64,000 nucleotides of DNA. Source: Candidatus Fermentibacterota bacterium. GTDB taxonomy: Bacteria > Fermentibacterota > Fermentibacteria > Fermentibacterales > JCC-6. A program made the position numbers and the translations under genes. Within the stretch, counting starts at the first letter, position 1. Each line of letters begins with the position of its first letter. The stretch covers positions 352,001 to 416,000 of the forward strand of contig CAWJQI010000004.1 of NCBI GenBank assembly GCA_963845085.1, written 5' to 3'. The notes under the pieces were generated by a model. That model was not told where the DNA came from. It worked only from the letters and a program-made list of their open reading frames with translations, and searched no databases. Of the stretch, positions 39,786 to 49,516 are shown piece after piece.

Positions 39786-40847
39786 TTGACCAGAGCTGCT
39801 GAAGGCCCATTTTTCGCCCTCTCCGCAGCGATTCTCTTCGGCGGGGCTACGGCAGCTGCGAAAGCGCTTCTGTCCGGCGTCTCGCCCTGGATGCTCGCTG
39901 GGCTTCTGTACCTGGGTTCGGGGCTCGGACTGGGTGTCATTGTCCTCGTCCGGAGACCCCGCGGATCATCGTTTGCTGCTATGACAGGGCTCTCCCGCAG
40001 AGAACTGCCATGGCTCGCAGGAGCGGTGATCAGCGGCGGGGTCATTGCCCCCCTTCTTCTCATGTGGGGTCTTGACCGGACGCCAGCCTCAACGACATCG
40101 CTTCTTCTCAACCTGGAGGGCGTGCTGACGGCCGTCATTGCGTGGGCGATCTTCCGGGAAAACATCGGACCGAGGGTTATGGCTGGCCTGGCTGCCATCG
40201 TTGCCGGAGCGGTCCTCATCTCCATCACTCCCGGAGGGGGCGGCTACGACGGCCTTGCCGGAAGGGTCGCGATCATCGCAGCCTGTCTGGGGTGGGCGGT
40301 GGACAACAACCTGACCCGCCACATATCGGCTGGAGATCCTGCAGTCATAGCCGGCACGAAAGGGCTGGTGGCGGGGGGGGTCAACGTGCTCATCGCCCTT
40401 TCGATGGGGCAGAGCTTCCCGTCATTCGACAGGACTGCCCTTTCATGCGCAGCAGGCTTTCTCGGGTATGGGGCGAGCCTCGTATTGTTCGTGATGGCTC
40501 TCAGAACCCTTGGCGCCGCCAGAACGGGAGCGTTCTTCTCGACAGCGCCTTTCATCGGTGCGTTCGCATCGCTATTCATCCTTGGCGAACAGCTCGTTCC
40601 CATGCTGATTCCCGGCGCCGTGCTCATGATCATCGGGCTGTTCCTTCAGCTCGGAGAACGGCACATCCACGAACACACACATGACCGGCTTGCACACAGT
40701 CACACCCATCGCCATGACGAGCATCACCGGCACAGCCACGATGACGGGTCGTCCGACACGGGCAGCCACAGCCATCCCCATTTTCATGACCAAATCAAAC
40801 ACTCGCACAGGCACTTTCCTGACATCCACCACAGGCACGGCCACTGA
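39786..40847 (+). CDS. EamA/DMT transporter with His-rich C-terminal tail
   Basis: AGLLYLGSG, LLNLE, DNNLT, APFIGA; tail HIHEHTH...HFPDIHHRHGH. Confidence 0.9.
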   Translation: MTRAAEGPFFALSAAILFGGATAAAKALLSGVSPWMLAGLLYLGSGLGLGVIVLVRRPRGSSFAAMTGLSRRELPWLAGAVISGGVIAPLLLMWGLDRTPASTTSLLLNLEGVLTAVIAWAIFRENIGPRVMAGLAAIVAGAVLISITPGGGGYDGLAGRVAIIAACLGWAVDNNLTRHISAGDPAVIAGTKGLVAGGVNVLIALSMGQSFPSFDRTALSCAAGFLGYGASLVLFVMALRTLGAARTGAFFSTAPFIGAFASLFILGEQLVPMLIPGAVLMIIGLFLQLGERHIHEHTHDRLAHSHTHRHDEHHRHSHDDGSSDTGSHSHPHFHDQIKHSHRHFPDIHHRHGH

Positions 40848-40864
40848 TCGCTCAAATCAGCACA

Positions 40865-41195
40865 CTATTTCGCCAATCTTGCGCTTACCAGTCTATTGAT
40901 GCTTACGCCTTCCTCTGCCGCAAGCTCAGCAAGTCTTTTATGCAATTCCGGCGGAATTCGAACCATGAATTTGCCACTGTACTTCCTGACGGAAAATGGA
41001 GCTGGTATTGGTCTCCTCGTTTGCTTCCATGTCTTTGATGGTGTCTGAGACCAGTTCGCGGATGCCTTTAAGCGCAAGTTCCTGGCTTTCAGCAAGCCAA
41101 CTGAGGCTGGGGAATTCACTGCAAAGTGCAAGATACTCCTGGTCCTCTTCAGACCATGTTACCCTGTATGTGTAAAGATCATTCTTCAGTGACAT
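40865..41195 (-). CDS. hicB: HicB antitoxin (frameshift near 41013)
   Basis: YTYRVTWSEEDQEYLALCSEFPSLSWL joined to YSGKFMVRIPPELH RHH domain in another frame. Confidence 0.88.
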
Positions 41196-41439
41196 CTGTC
41201 TCGCTCAACCTCTCTATGGCGCGGAGGACCTGCCTGACCTGGTAGGGTTTTGCATTGCCGTTGCTGTTCTGGATGTTGACCCTCGGATCACCCTGCCATG
41301 GCATTCTGAAAACAACATGGCTTGATTTCGATTGTCTTGGTTCCCCGAAGTAGTGCCTGCAAACCCTGAGCACATCCAAGAAGGAAACATCCCTGGGATT
41401 CCTCCGCATCGCTTCTACAAGATCCTCAACCTTAGCCAT
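41179..41439 (-). CDS. hicA: HicA-family toxin
   Basis: NPRDVSF, SSHVVFRMPWQGDPRVNIQ, AKPYQVRQV. Confidence 0.88.
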   Translation of the reverse strand: MAKVEDLVEAMRRNPRDVSFLDVLRVCRHYFGEPRQSKSSHVVFRMPWQGDPRVNIQNSNGNAKPYQVRQVLRAIERLSETDVTEE

Positions 41440-41444
41440 AGAAT

Positions 41445-41473
41445 ATAGTACCAATATTGATACTGTTCGTCAA
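41445..41473 (-). promoter_or_regulatory. hicAB sigma70 promoter with overlapping palindromic operator
   Basis: TTGACG-N17-TACTAT on the minus strand; near-perfect palindrome AGTACCAATATTGATACT at 41447-41464. Confidence 0.75.
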
Positions 41474-41562
41474 CCCTTTCTGGCGTATCAACAAGGAATG
41501 ATAGGGTGCAGGGCGCACGGCTTCTTCCCTGCGCCTTCACTTGACTGAACGAATATTTATTC

Positions 41563-42024
41563 TCACCCGTGGAAGATTACCGAATGGCTCTTCAGCCCAT
41601 TGGGGCCGTATGTGAATTTCGCACTGAAGAATTTTTCTGAATCAAGCCACTTCATGAAGATGTGATCACCCTCCCAAAGCGGAAGCGTTGACAGCTCTTC
41701 GTCCGCGACCCAGTGAACGGATCCCTCGGGGCACTGGTCGATGAGCGTTCCGGTGAATTCCGTGCATGTGAAGACGAAAACCAGCCAGTCCTGTTCTCCG
41801 TCGAACTCAGGAAAGGTGATGACACCCCTCATCCTCGGATTGATGACGGTGAGGCCGCTTTCCTCTTCAACTTCCCTTGCCGCGCAGGCGTCGGGAGTTT
41901 CGCCGGGCTCCATCTTTCCGCCCAGTGTGTTCCACCTGCCGGGGTGGTCGTCGCCGGGTTTCCGGTTGCGGCGTATCATGAGGGTTCTGCCGTCGTGTTT
42001 CAGATAGCAGAGAACCCCGAGCAA
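41563..42024 (-). CDS. NUDIX hydrolase, 8-oxo-dGTP diphosphatase (MutX/MTH1-like)
   Basis: WNTLGGKMEPGETPDACAAREVEEESGL Nudix box; LPLWEGD. Confidence 0.9.
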   Translation of the reverse strand: MLGVLCYLKHDGRTLMIRRNRKPGDDHPGRWNTLGGKMEPGETPDACAAREVEEESGLTVINPRMRGVITFPEFDGEQDWLVFVFTCTEFTGTLIDQCPEGSVHWVADEELSTLPLWEGDHIFMKWLDSEKFFSAKFTYGPNGLKSHSVIFHG

Positions 42025-42026
42025 GG

Positions 42027-42989
42027 CTACAGGTCCCGGATGATTCGAAGCAGAAGCTGATCGAGCTGCTTTTTGTTGTTCCAGGTGTCAGGAAGGGCAT
42101 GATGGGAGACGGCCCCGTTCTCAACCCCTACCATGCAGGGCGCCCTGCCCTCGACAAGGGCTTCGACCGCCGCCCAGCCGAGTTTTGTGGCAAGAACCCT
42201 GTCGCTGGTGGTCGGGCTGCCGCCCCTTTGAACATGGCCCAGCACTGTGACCCGGCTTTTCAGACCGGAGTGTTCATCGATGCGCCTTGCTATCTCATAG
42301 GCGTTCCCCTCCTCGTCGCCCTCGGCGACAACGAGGATGTTCGATGTTCTTCCCCGGGAAACCCTGTCCTTCACCATTTCGCACACCGCCGGTATATCGC
42401 TCGGTGTCTCGGGAAGGAAAACCGCCTCGGCGCCTCCGCCGATGGCGACTTCAAGGGCGATGAACCCGGCGTGCCTTCCCATGACCTCGACAATGAAAAG
42501 CCTGTCGTGCGCCGCCGCGGTGTCCCTCACCTTGTCCAGTGCGGAGAGAGCCGTGTTCACCGCGGTGTCGTAGCCTATCGTGAAGTCGGTTCCCCATATG
42601 TCGTTGTCTATGGTGGCGGGCACACCGACGACCATTGTTCCGTGGGCTTCATGAAGGTCATGCGCTCCGCGGAAGCTGCCGTCGCCCCCGAACACAACAA
42701 GGCCGTCGATGCCTGCGTTCGCAAGGTTCGCTGCTGCGGCCGCCCTCCCCTCCGGGGTCATGAATCGGTCGCTTCTCGCGGTATGAAGGATTGTGCCGCC
42801 GTGCTGAAGAATGTTCGATACATCACCGGAAACCAGGGGGCTCATCCTGTTGTCGATCAGCCCTTCGTAACCCCGGTGAACGCCGTGTACGGCAAGGCCA
42901 CGGTGCAGGGCAGCCCTGACCGTGGCCCGAATGCCCGCGTTCATTCCCGGGGCGTCACCGCCCGAGGAAAGAACGGCGATTCTCTTCAC
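42027..42989 (-). CDS. pfkA: ATP-dependent 6-phosphofructokinase
   Basis: SGGDAPGMNA, GGDGS, TIDND, EVMGR, GHVQRGG. Confidence 0.96.
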   Translation of the reverse strand: MKRIAVLSSGGDAPGMNAGIRATVRAALHRGLAVHGVHRGYEGLIDNRMSPLVSGDVSNILQHGGTILHTARSDRFMTPEGRAAAAANLANAGIDGLVVFGGDGSFRGAHDLHEAHGTMVVGVPATIDNDIWGTDFTIGYDTAVNTALSALDKVRDTAAAHDRLFIVEVMGRHAGFIALEVAIGGGAEAVFLPETPSDIPAVCEMVKDRVSRGRTSNILVVAEGDEEGNAYEIARRIDEHSGLKSRVTVLGHVQRGGSPTTSDRVLATKLGWAAVEALVEGRAPCMVGVENGAVSHHALPDTWNNKKQLDQLLLRIIRDL

Positions 42990-43360
42990 TTCTTTTCCAC
43001 TGCGGGAGCATCAACCAGTTCGAGAATGACCGCTTCCGCCGCGTCGCCCGCCCTGCAGCCGAGCCGGAGTATGCGCGTGTACCCTCCGGGGCGTGTGGCG
43101 AACCTGGGGCCGAGTTCGTTGAACACCTTCTTCACGGCAACACTGCCGTAAACCATCCCGGCAACCTGCCTGCGGGAGTGGACGGTGTCGTTCCTGCCCT
43201 TGGTTATGATCCTCTCCGCCAGGGACCGGGCAACCTTTGCCCTGGCCAGACTGGTGGTTACTCTCTCCTCGGTGATGAGCGAGGTGACCAGGTTTCTGAG
43301 CATGCGGGCCCTGGCTTCCCTGGTGCGGCCAAGCTTGGGTGTTGTTTTTCTGTGACGCAT
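42986..43360 (-). CDS. rplQ: 50S ribosomal protein L17
   Basis: MRHR..., RPGGYTRI. Confidence 0.97.
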   Translation of the reverse strand: MRHRKTTPKLGRTREARARMLRNLVTSLITEERVTTSLARAKVARSLAERIITKGRNDTVHSRRQVAGMVYGSVAVKKVFNELGPRFATRPGGYTRILRLGCRAGDAAEAVILELVDAPAVEKK

Positions 43361-43367
43361 GGGTTTC

Positions 43368-44354
43368 CTATTCCGTTCTCAGCTTCAGGCCCTTCAGAGC
43401 AAGCTTCTCGTTGATCACCTGAAGGGTTTTGTCGCCCACGCCGTTGAAGGCCTTCAACTGGTCGGCGGTCATGGCGGTGAGTCCGCCAACGGTCTCAATC
43501 CCAGCGGACTTCAGTATGTTCACATACTTCCTGTCCATCTGGAAATCCTCGTCATCGATGGGCACCGAGTCCCATGCGCTGCTCTTGGCCTTGGCGGAAG
43601 CCTTTCTGGCCGGAGCCGCCTTTTCCGCCGGGGCTTCCTCGGGAACTTCGTTGTTCGTGCCTTCCATGATCATCCTGAAGTGCTGGACGAGGATCGCGCA
43701 GGTCTTCTCCACCGCTTCGACAGGGGAGAGGCTTCCATCGGTGGTGATGTCGATGTAAAGGCAGTCGTAGTCAGTTCTGTCACCGACCCGGGCGCTTTCG
43801 ACGGTGTAGTTGACCGTCTTCACGGGGCAGAACCAGGAATCGACAAGGATCGTTCCGATGTCGTGGCCCCGTCCGGTGTTGAACCACTCGTCAACCGTGA
43901 CAAAGCCCTTGCCCTTTTCGACAAGTATCGAAAGGTCAAGCACTCCCTTGCCGGTGATCTCGGCGATCTCCTGTTCGGGATTTGTCACCTTCAGCATGGG
44001 GTCACCCGTGAGGGAAGCCGCGGTGTAAACGCCGGGCTTCTCAGCCTTGAGCACAAGCGTGCAGGGCTCGTCGCCGGAATGGCGGATGCTCAGGGACTTC
44101 ACGTTCAAAACGATGTCGGATGCATCCTGTCTGACACCGGGAAGAGCGCTGAATTCGTGGCTTGCGCCCTTGATGGAGACGGACACCGGTGCCGCTCCCT
44201 CCAGCGAGGAGAGCATCACCCTTCTGATTGCGTTGCCCAAGGTGCGGCCGAAACCTCTTTCCAGAGGTGTTATCACAAGCCTGCCATTGGTTTCCGTGAG
44301 TGTTTCCTGATCCCACTGAATACGATCCGGCAGGTAAAGCTTCATGAATTCCAT
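43368..44354 (-). CDS. rpoA: RNA polymerase alpha subunit
   Basis: PLERGFGRTLGNAIRRVMLSSL, HEFS, RVGDRTDYD. Confidence 0.97.
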   Translation of the reverse strand: MEFMKLYLPDRIQWDQETLTETNGRLVITPLERGFGRTLGNAIRRVMLSSLEGAAPVSVSIKGASHEFSALPGVRQDASDIVLNVKSLSIRHSGDEPCTLVLKAEKPGVYTAASLTGDPMLKVTNPEQEIAEITGKGVLDLSILVEKGKGFVTVDEWFNTGRGHDIGTILVDSWFCPVKTVNYTVESARVGDRTDYDCLYIDITTDGSLSPVEAVEKTCAILVQHFRMIMEGTNNEVPEEAPAEKAAPARKASAKAKSSAWDSVPIDDEDFQMDRKYVNILKSAGIETVGGLTAMTADQLKAFNGVGDKTLQVINEKLALKGLKLRTE

Positions 44355-44385
44355 TCATCTCCCCCTGAAGGCTTGAGAAACCCTC

Positions 44386-44787
44386 CTACGACTTGCCCCT
44401 GCGTCTCTTTGTAGGTCTGCAGCCGTTGTGAGGCAGACGGGTGATGTCCTTTATGGCCAGGACTTCGAGATCGGTCGACTGGAGAGCCCTTACTGCGGCT
44501 TCCCTTCCCGATCCCGGTCCCATCACCCAGATCTCGACCTTCTTCAGGCCCGCCTCTATGGCTCTCTCGGCAGCCTGCACCGCTGCCTGGCTTGCCGCGT
44601 AGGCAGTGCTCTTTCTCGTTCCCTTTACACCTGTGGTACCGCCGCTGGCCCAGGTGATGACATTTCCCTGCCGGTCCGATATGGATACCAAGGTATTGTT
44701 GAATGATGATTTAATGTGCGCTACGCCATTAATGTCAGAAACCCTGGTGATCTTCTTGACAGTTCGCTTTCCCTTAGCTTTGGGCAA
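44386..44787 (-). CDS. rpsK: 30S ribosomal protein S11
   Basis: SFNNT, GPGSGRE, PHNGCRP. Confidence 0.97.
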   Translation of the reverse strand: MPKAKGKRTVKKITRVSDINGVAHIKSSFNNTLVSISDRQGNVITWASGGTTGVKGTRKSTAYAASQAAVQAAERAIEAGLKKVEIWVMGPGSGREAAVRALQSTDLEVLAIKDITRLPHNGCRPTKRRRGKS

Positions 44788-44798
44788 GGTCTACCTCC

Positions 44799-45164
44799 CT
44801 ACCGCTTCCTGGTGTGGCCCTGCTTGGGACCCTTTCGGGTGCGGGCATTGGTGTGGGTTCTCTGTCCCCGGACTGGAAGACCCCTGCGATGCCTGAGACC
44901 CCTGTAGCAACCGATATCCATCAGCCTCTTGCGATTCATGCTGACCTCGGCCCTCAGGGCGCCCTCAACCTTGAACTCTTCTTCGATGACTTTGCGAAGA
45001 GCAGCCACATCGCTTTCCGAAAGGGCATCGGTATTTCTGTCCAAGGGAATCCCAACCTTGTCCAGAATGAACCTGGAACTCGTGAGCCCAATGCCGTGGA
45101 TGTATGGAAGAGCGTAGAGCACATGCTTGTTCCTGGGCAGGTCAACTCCTGCGATTCTCGCCAA
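44799..45164 (-). CDS. rpsM: 30S ribosomal protein S13
   Basis: [27 protein letters not shown]. Confidence 0.97.
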   Translation of the reverse strand: MARIAGVDLPRNKHVLYALPYIHGIGLTSSRFILDKVGIPLDRNTDALSESDVAALRKVIEEEFKVEGALRAEVSMNRKRLMDIGCYRGLRHRRGLPVRGQRTHTNARTRKGPKQGHTRKR

Positions 45165-45193
45165 TCTTACACCTCCGTCGCCGTTTTATGCGG

Positions 45194-45310
45194 CTATCCC
45201 TGCCGTTGTTTGTGTCGCGGATTCCTGGGACAGATGATCATCACCTTCCCGTTGCGGCGAACAACCCGGCAGTACTCGCAGATTTTCTTCACTGAGCTGC
45301 GTACCTTCAT
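45194..45310 (-). CDS. rpmJ: 50S ribosomal protein L36 (zinc-binding type)
   Basis: Manual translation [38 protein letters not shown]. Confidence 0.96.
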   Translation of the reverse strand: MKVRSSVKKICEYCRVVRRNGKVMIICPRNPRHKQRQG

Positions 45311-45319
45311 TTTTCAACC

Positions 45320-45544
45320 TCACTTGTACCTGTAGGTGATCCTGCCGCGGGAAAGATCGTAGGGGGAGATCTCAACCGTGACCCTGTCGCCCACCAGTAT
45401 TCTTATGTAGTGCATTCTCATCTTGCCGGAAACATGGCAAAGGACCACATGACCCTCGGGCTTGTCCAGCTGAACGCGACACATGTTGTTGGGAAGTGTT
45501 TCGAGAACGGTCCCGTCAACCACTACGCCCTGTTCTTTCGCCAA
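45320..45544 (-). CDS. infA: Translation initiation factor IF-1
   Basis: [19 protein letters not shown]...[10 protein letters not shown]. Confidence 0.97.
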   Translation of the reverse strand: MAKEQGVVVDGTVLETLPNNMCRVQLDKPEGHVVLCHVSGKMRMHYIRILVGDRVTVEISPYDLSRGRITYRYK

Positions 45545-45597
45545 GTGCCTTCACTCCTTCCCGGTGGTAAGAGAACCCCAATTATTCGCATAAATGT

Positions 45598-46344
45598 CTA
45601 CGCCGTCAATATTTCCGGTTCATTCCGGTGAACCATCACGGTGTGCTCCGCGTGAGCCGAGAGAGAGCCGTCGGCTGTGGTAACCGTCCAGCCGTCTGAA
45701 AGCGTTCTGACCAGGGCCTGCCCGGAGTTCACCATCGGTTCGATGGCAAGCAGCAACCCGTCGGAAAGCTTCATCCCCCTGCCTTTCACGCCGTAGTTGG
45801 GCACCTGCGGGTTCTCGTGAAGCCGCCTGCCGATCCCGTGCCCCACCAGCTGTCTCACCACGCTGAACCCGTTTCTTTCGACCTCTTCCTGGATCGCAGC
45901 GCCGATGTCCCCCACATGGCCGCCGCTCACTGCTGCCGAGATGCCGATATCCCTGGCGCGGCGGGTCACCTCGACCAGCCTGGCCGCCAGCGGTATCACG
46001 TCGCCGATCGGAAACGTCTCTGCGGCGTCGCCGTGAAAGCCGCCCTTGAAAGCGCCAACGTCAACGCTCACAAGGTCGCCTTCCTTTATCATGCGCTGCG
46101 GCGAGGGAATGCCGTGGACGACTTCGGAGTTCACCGACACGCAGATCGCGGCGGGGTATCCGTTGTAGCCCAGGAATGACGGCACGGCGCCCTCGGCCGC
46201 GATAATTTTCCTTCCAAAACTGTCGATGTCGGCCGTTGTGATGCCGGAAGTCACGTACCCCCGGAGTTCGTGCAGAACCTTGCCGACGATCCTGCATGCC
46301 TCCCTCATGGCGGCAACATCGTTCTTCGAGCTTATCACAGCCAT
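45598..46344 (-). CDS. map: Methionine aminopeptidase type I
   Basis: VVHGIP, GHGIG, HENP, AIEPM, SAHAEHT. Confidence 0.96.
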   Translation of the reverse strand: MAVISSKNDVAAMREACRIVGKVLHELRGYVTSGITTADIDSFGRKIIAAEGAVPSFLGYNGYPAAICVSVNSEVVHGIPSPQRMIKEGDLVSVDVGAFKGGFHGDAAETFPIGDVIPLAARLVEVTRRARDIGISAAVSGGHVGDIGAAIQEEVERNGFSVVRQLVGHGIGRRLHENPQVPNYGVKGRGMKLSDGLLLAIEPMVNSGQALVRTLSDGWTVTTADGSLSAHAEHTVMVHRNEPEILTA

Positions 46345-46952
46345 TGACTCATCGCCTTGAGCAGTCTTTCGTGAACCTGCTGAACAGTCCCGAGCCCGTC
46401 GACCCTCACAAGCCTGCCTTCGTAGTACGACTCGAGGGGGAGTGTCTCGCGGCGGTACTTCTTGAAGCGGTTCCTTATCACTTCGGGGTCGTCATCGCTG
46501 CGCCGCACCAAGCCCGCGCCGCAGGCGCCGCATGTTACGTCCGCCTGTGATGACTGCACACCGCACGCCGTGCAATGCTGTCTGCGGGAGAGGCGCGAAA
46601 CGGCTTCCTCTTCAGGAATATCGAGGAACACCGCCACGTCGAGCTTCCTTCCCCGATTCCTGAGAAAGGTGTCGAGATCGCCCGCTTGAAGGGCGTTCCT
46701 GGGGTACCCATCGAGGAGTACCCCTGGAAGCTCTTCAAGAAGCCCGAACACAAGCCGGTTCACTATGTCATCGGTCACCAGATCACCCGCTTCGATAACT
46801 CCCCGAATCTCTTTTCCAAGGGGGGTTCCCTGCTGAACCTCGAGGCGAAGCTGCGTACCGGTCGAGACATGGGTAAGGCCCATAGCCTCGGCCGCCAGTT
46901 CAGCCTGCGTGCCCTTTCCCGAGCCGGGAGAACCGAAGAAGGTTGCGATCAT
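46335..46952 (-). CDS. adk: Adenylate kinase (zinc LID)
   Basis: GSPGSGKGTQ, LDGYPR, CTAC...CGAC, RSDD. Confidence 0.96.
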   Translation of the reverse strand: MIATFFGSPGSGKGTQAELAAEAMGLTHVSTGTQLRLEVQQGTPLGKEIRGVIEAGDLVTDDIVNRLVFGLLEELPGVLLDGYPRNALQAGDLDTFLRNRGRKLDVAVFLDIPEEEAVSRLSRRQHCTACGVQSSQADVTCGACGAGLVRRSDDDPEVIRNRFKKYRRETLPLESYYEGRLVRVDGLGTVQQVHERLLKAMSQWL

Positions 46953-48253
46953 CGGCGGCCGCGGATCCTTCCCTTGGAAAGGAAACCGTCGTAATGACGC
47001 ATCAGCAGATGAGTCTCGATCTGCCTCAGCGTTTCAAGGGCAACGCCAACCACGATCAGAAGGCTTGTGCCTCCGAACATGAAGTTCACGCCGACCTGCC
47101 TGATGAGAACCATCGGGAGCACCGCGATCAGGGCGAGGAAGATGGCGCCCGGCAGAGTCACCCTGACCAGAACCCTCTCGATGTACTTGGCGGTGGACTT
47201 GCCCGGCTTTCTGCCGGGGATGAAACCGCCGTACTTCTTCATGTTGTCGGCGAGGTCCTGAGGATTGAAGGTGATTGCGGTGTAAACGTAGGCAAACACG
47301 ATGATGAGCACTGCGTAAACGATGTTGTAGATCGCGCCCCCCGGGGAGAGCCAGCTGCTGACCCAGTTGTCGATGCCCGAGTTGGGGAAGAACATGGCTA
47401 TGGACGAGGGGAACATCATGAACGACTGGGCGAAGATCACCGGGATGACCCCGGCGGTGTTGAGCCTGATCGGGATGAACGTGCTCTGGCCGCCGTAGAC
47501 CTTTCTCCCGCGCACCTGCTTCGCGTAGGTGACGGGGATCTTCCTCTGGGCCTCGGTCATCAGTACGACGAACGCTATGGTGGCGAACATGAACACCAGC
47601 AGGAACACCATGCTTATGAAGCTGGTCTGCTGAAGGATGAACACGTCGCGGTAGAGGGAGATGACCGCCTGGGGAATGTCGCCCACTATGCCGGCGAAAA
47701 TGATCAGGCTTATGCCGTTTCCAACTCCGCGCTCGCTTATGCGCTCACCCAGCCACATCACGAAGATGGTTCCCGTGATCAGCGTGAGAACCGTCTGCAG
47801 GGTGAACCCGATGCCCGGGTTGGGCACGACTCCCGGAACCTGCTGGTTCATACCGACGATGAACTGAGAGATTCCCAGCCCCTGTATCAGACCGAGAAGA
47901 ACGGTTCCGTAACGGGTGATCTCGGTCATCTTCTGCCTGCCGGCCTCGCCTTCCTTCTTGAGCTTCTCGAAGTAGGGCACCACCGACGTAAGGAGCTGAA
48001 TGATGATCGAGGCGGAAATGTAGGGCATGATGCCGAGTGCGAAAATACTGGCTCTGCTGAGAGCGCCGCCCACGAAGAGGTCGTACATGCCCATCATTCC
48101 CCCGGCGGTGCTGAACGCCTCCTGGAGGGCTGTTCCGTCAATGCCGGGAACGGGAATGTGCCCGCCGATGCGGTAGACCGCCAGGAGCAGGAAGGTGTAG
48201 ATGATCTTCTTCCTGAGCTCCTGGATCTTCATGATGCTTTCGAAACCGCGCAT
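46949..48253 (-). CDS. secY: Preprotein translocase SecY
   Basis: LGIMPYISASII, WLGE...GNGISLII, GGTSLLI. Confidence 0.98.
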   Translation of the reverse strand: MRGFESIMKIQELRKKIIYTFLLLAVYRIGGHIPVPGIDGTALQEAFSTAGGMMGMYDLFVGGALSRASIFALGIMPYISASIIIQLLTSVVPYFEKLKKEGEAGRQKMTEITRYGTVLLGLIQGLGISQFIVGMNQQVPGVVPNPGIGFTLQTVLTLITGTIFVMWLGERISERGVGNGISLIIFAGIVGDIPQAVISLYRDVFILQQTSFISMVFLLVFMFATIAFVVLMTEAQRKIPVTYAKQVRGRKVYGGQSTFIPIRLNTAGVIPVIFAQSFMMFPSSIAMFFPNSGIDNWVSSWLSPGGAIYNIVYAVLIIVFAYVYTAITFNPQDLADNMKKYGGFIPGRKPGKSTAKYIERVLVRVTLPGAIFLALIAVLPMVLIRQVGVNFMFGGTSLLIVVGVALETLRQIETHLLMRHYDGFLSKGRIRGRR

Positions 48254-48696
48254 CAGCCGATCACCTCTGCGGAGCCCCCGGCGGACTTAATGGTTTCAAG
48301 GGCGCTCTGGGTGAACGCATGGGCGCACACCGTGAGCTCCTTCTCAAGCGCTCCGTCACCGAGGATCTTGACCGGCTTGTTGCGGGAGGAGATGAGACCG
48401 GCGCACTTGAGGATGTCGGGGGTTATCACCGTGGCGTTCTCGAACCTGTTCAGCATGCCGACATTGACCACCTGGTAATCGATGGCGAACCTGACATTGC
48501 TGAAGCCCTTGTGGGTCATCCGGCGGTGTATGGGAAGCTGACCGCCCTCGAACCACGGGTGGATCTTTCCCCTTGCCTTCTGACCCTTGTGACCCTTGCC
48601 TGCCGTCCCGCCGTTGCCGGTTCCACGGCCGCAGCCCCTTCGATGGCGGTCCTTGGTGGCGCCATCTGCGGGCCGGAGGTGTTGCAGCCTTCTCAT
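48253..48696 (-). CDS. rplO: 50S ribosomal protein L15
   Basis: [17 protein letters not shown]. Confidence 0.96.
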   Translation of the reverse strand: MRRLQHLRPADGATKDRHRRGCGRGTGNGGTAGKGHKGQKARGKIHPWFEGGQLPIHRRMTHKGFSNVRFAIDYQVVNVGMLNRFENATVITPDILKCAGLISSRNKPVKILGDGALEKELTVCAHAFTQSALETIKSAGGSAEVIG

Positions 48697-48884
48697 GCCT
48701 TCACCTCTTCCACTTTGACGAGGTGGCGAACCCTGAACACCATTCCGCGGGTCTGCGGGTTATCGGGCTGCTCCACCACCTGGTTGATCCGTCGGAGCCC
48801 CAGGGCGGCAAGCGTGCGTTTCTGCACTTCCTGCCTGCCGATGCAGCTCTTCACCTTGGTGATCCGGAGTCTGGTCTCAGCCAT
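48693..48884 (-). CDS. rpmD: 50S ribosomal protein L30
   Basis: KSCIG...LGLRRI...RGM...VRHLV. Confidence 0.95.
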   Translation of the reverse strand: MAETRLRITKVKSCIGRQEVQKRTLAALGLRRINQVVEQPDNPQTRGMVFRVRHLVKVEEVKA

Positions 48885-49506
48885 TGGTCTCCGTCCTTCC
48901 GGCAACGATCCTGGACCGGATGGCACTCACCCTCGTGATCGTGATCAGGTCGCTCAACCCGCTCATGGTTGCCTTGACCACGTTGTGGGGGTTGCTCGTG
49001 CCCTGTGCCTTGGTGAGCACGTCCTTGACGCCGGCGCATTCCATGATGGCCCTGACCGCGCTTCCGGCAATGACGCCGGTTCCCGGGCTGGCAGGCCGGA
49101 GCAGGACCTGGCCTGCGCCGTACTTGCCGATAATCACGTGGGGGAGCGTTCTGTTGTCCACCATGGGGATCTCGATCATGCTTTTCTTCGCCGCTTCCGT
49201 AGCCTTCCGGATCGACTCGGGAAGCTCGGTTGCCTTTCCAAGGCCGACTCCGACCTTGCCGTTCTGGTCGCCGACGGCAACAATGGCGTTGAACCCGAAG
49301 GTTCTTCCGCCCTTGGTGACCTTGGCGCACCTGTTGACCGCAATGAGCCTGTCGACAAGACCGTCATCCTCGACGACCTCGGGCTTCCGCTGCCTGCCCT
49401 TGGCTTCCTTGCGATCCCTGGGATTCCTGTTGCCTCTGGCGCCCGGTCCGCCACCCGCGGCGCCTGCGCCCCGGGGAGACCTGCCGCCCTGTTTTTCTTC
49501 AGCCAT
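48877..49506 (-). CDS. rpsE: 30S ribosomal protein S5
   Basis: [23 protein letters not shown]. Confidence 0.97.
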   Translation of the reverse strand: MAEEKQGGRSPRGAGAAGGGPGARGNRNPRDRKEAKGRQRKPEVVEDDGLVDRLIAVNRCAKVTKGGRTFGFNAIVAVGDQNGKVGVGLGKATELPESIRKATEAAKKSMIEIPMVDNRTLPHVIIGKYGAGQVLLRPASPGTGVIAGSAVRAIMECAGVKDVLTKAQGTSNPHNVVKATMSGLSDLITITRVSAIRSRIVAGRTETNG

Positions 49507-49516
49507 TGAAAGCCCC

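Noticed and set aside
46943..48478. 511-aa plus-strand ORF and other long ORFs antisense to ribosomal genes
   Set aside because: Shadows of secY and r-protein genes caused by GC3 codon bias.
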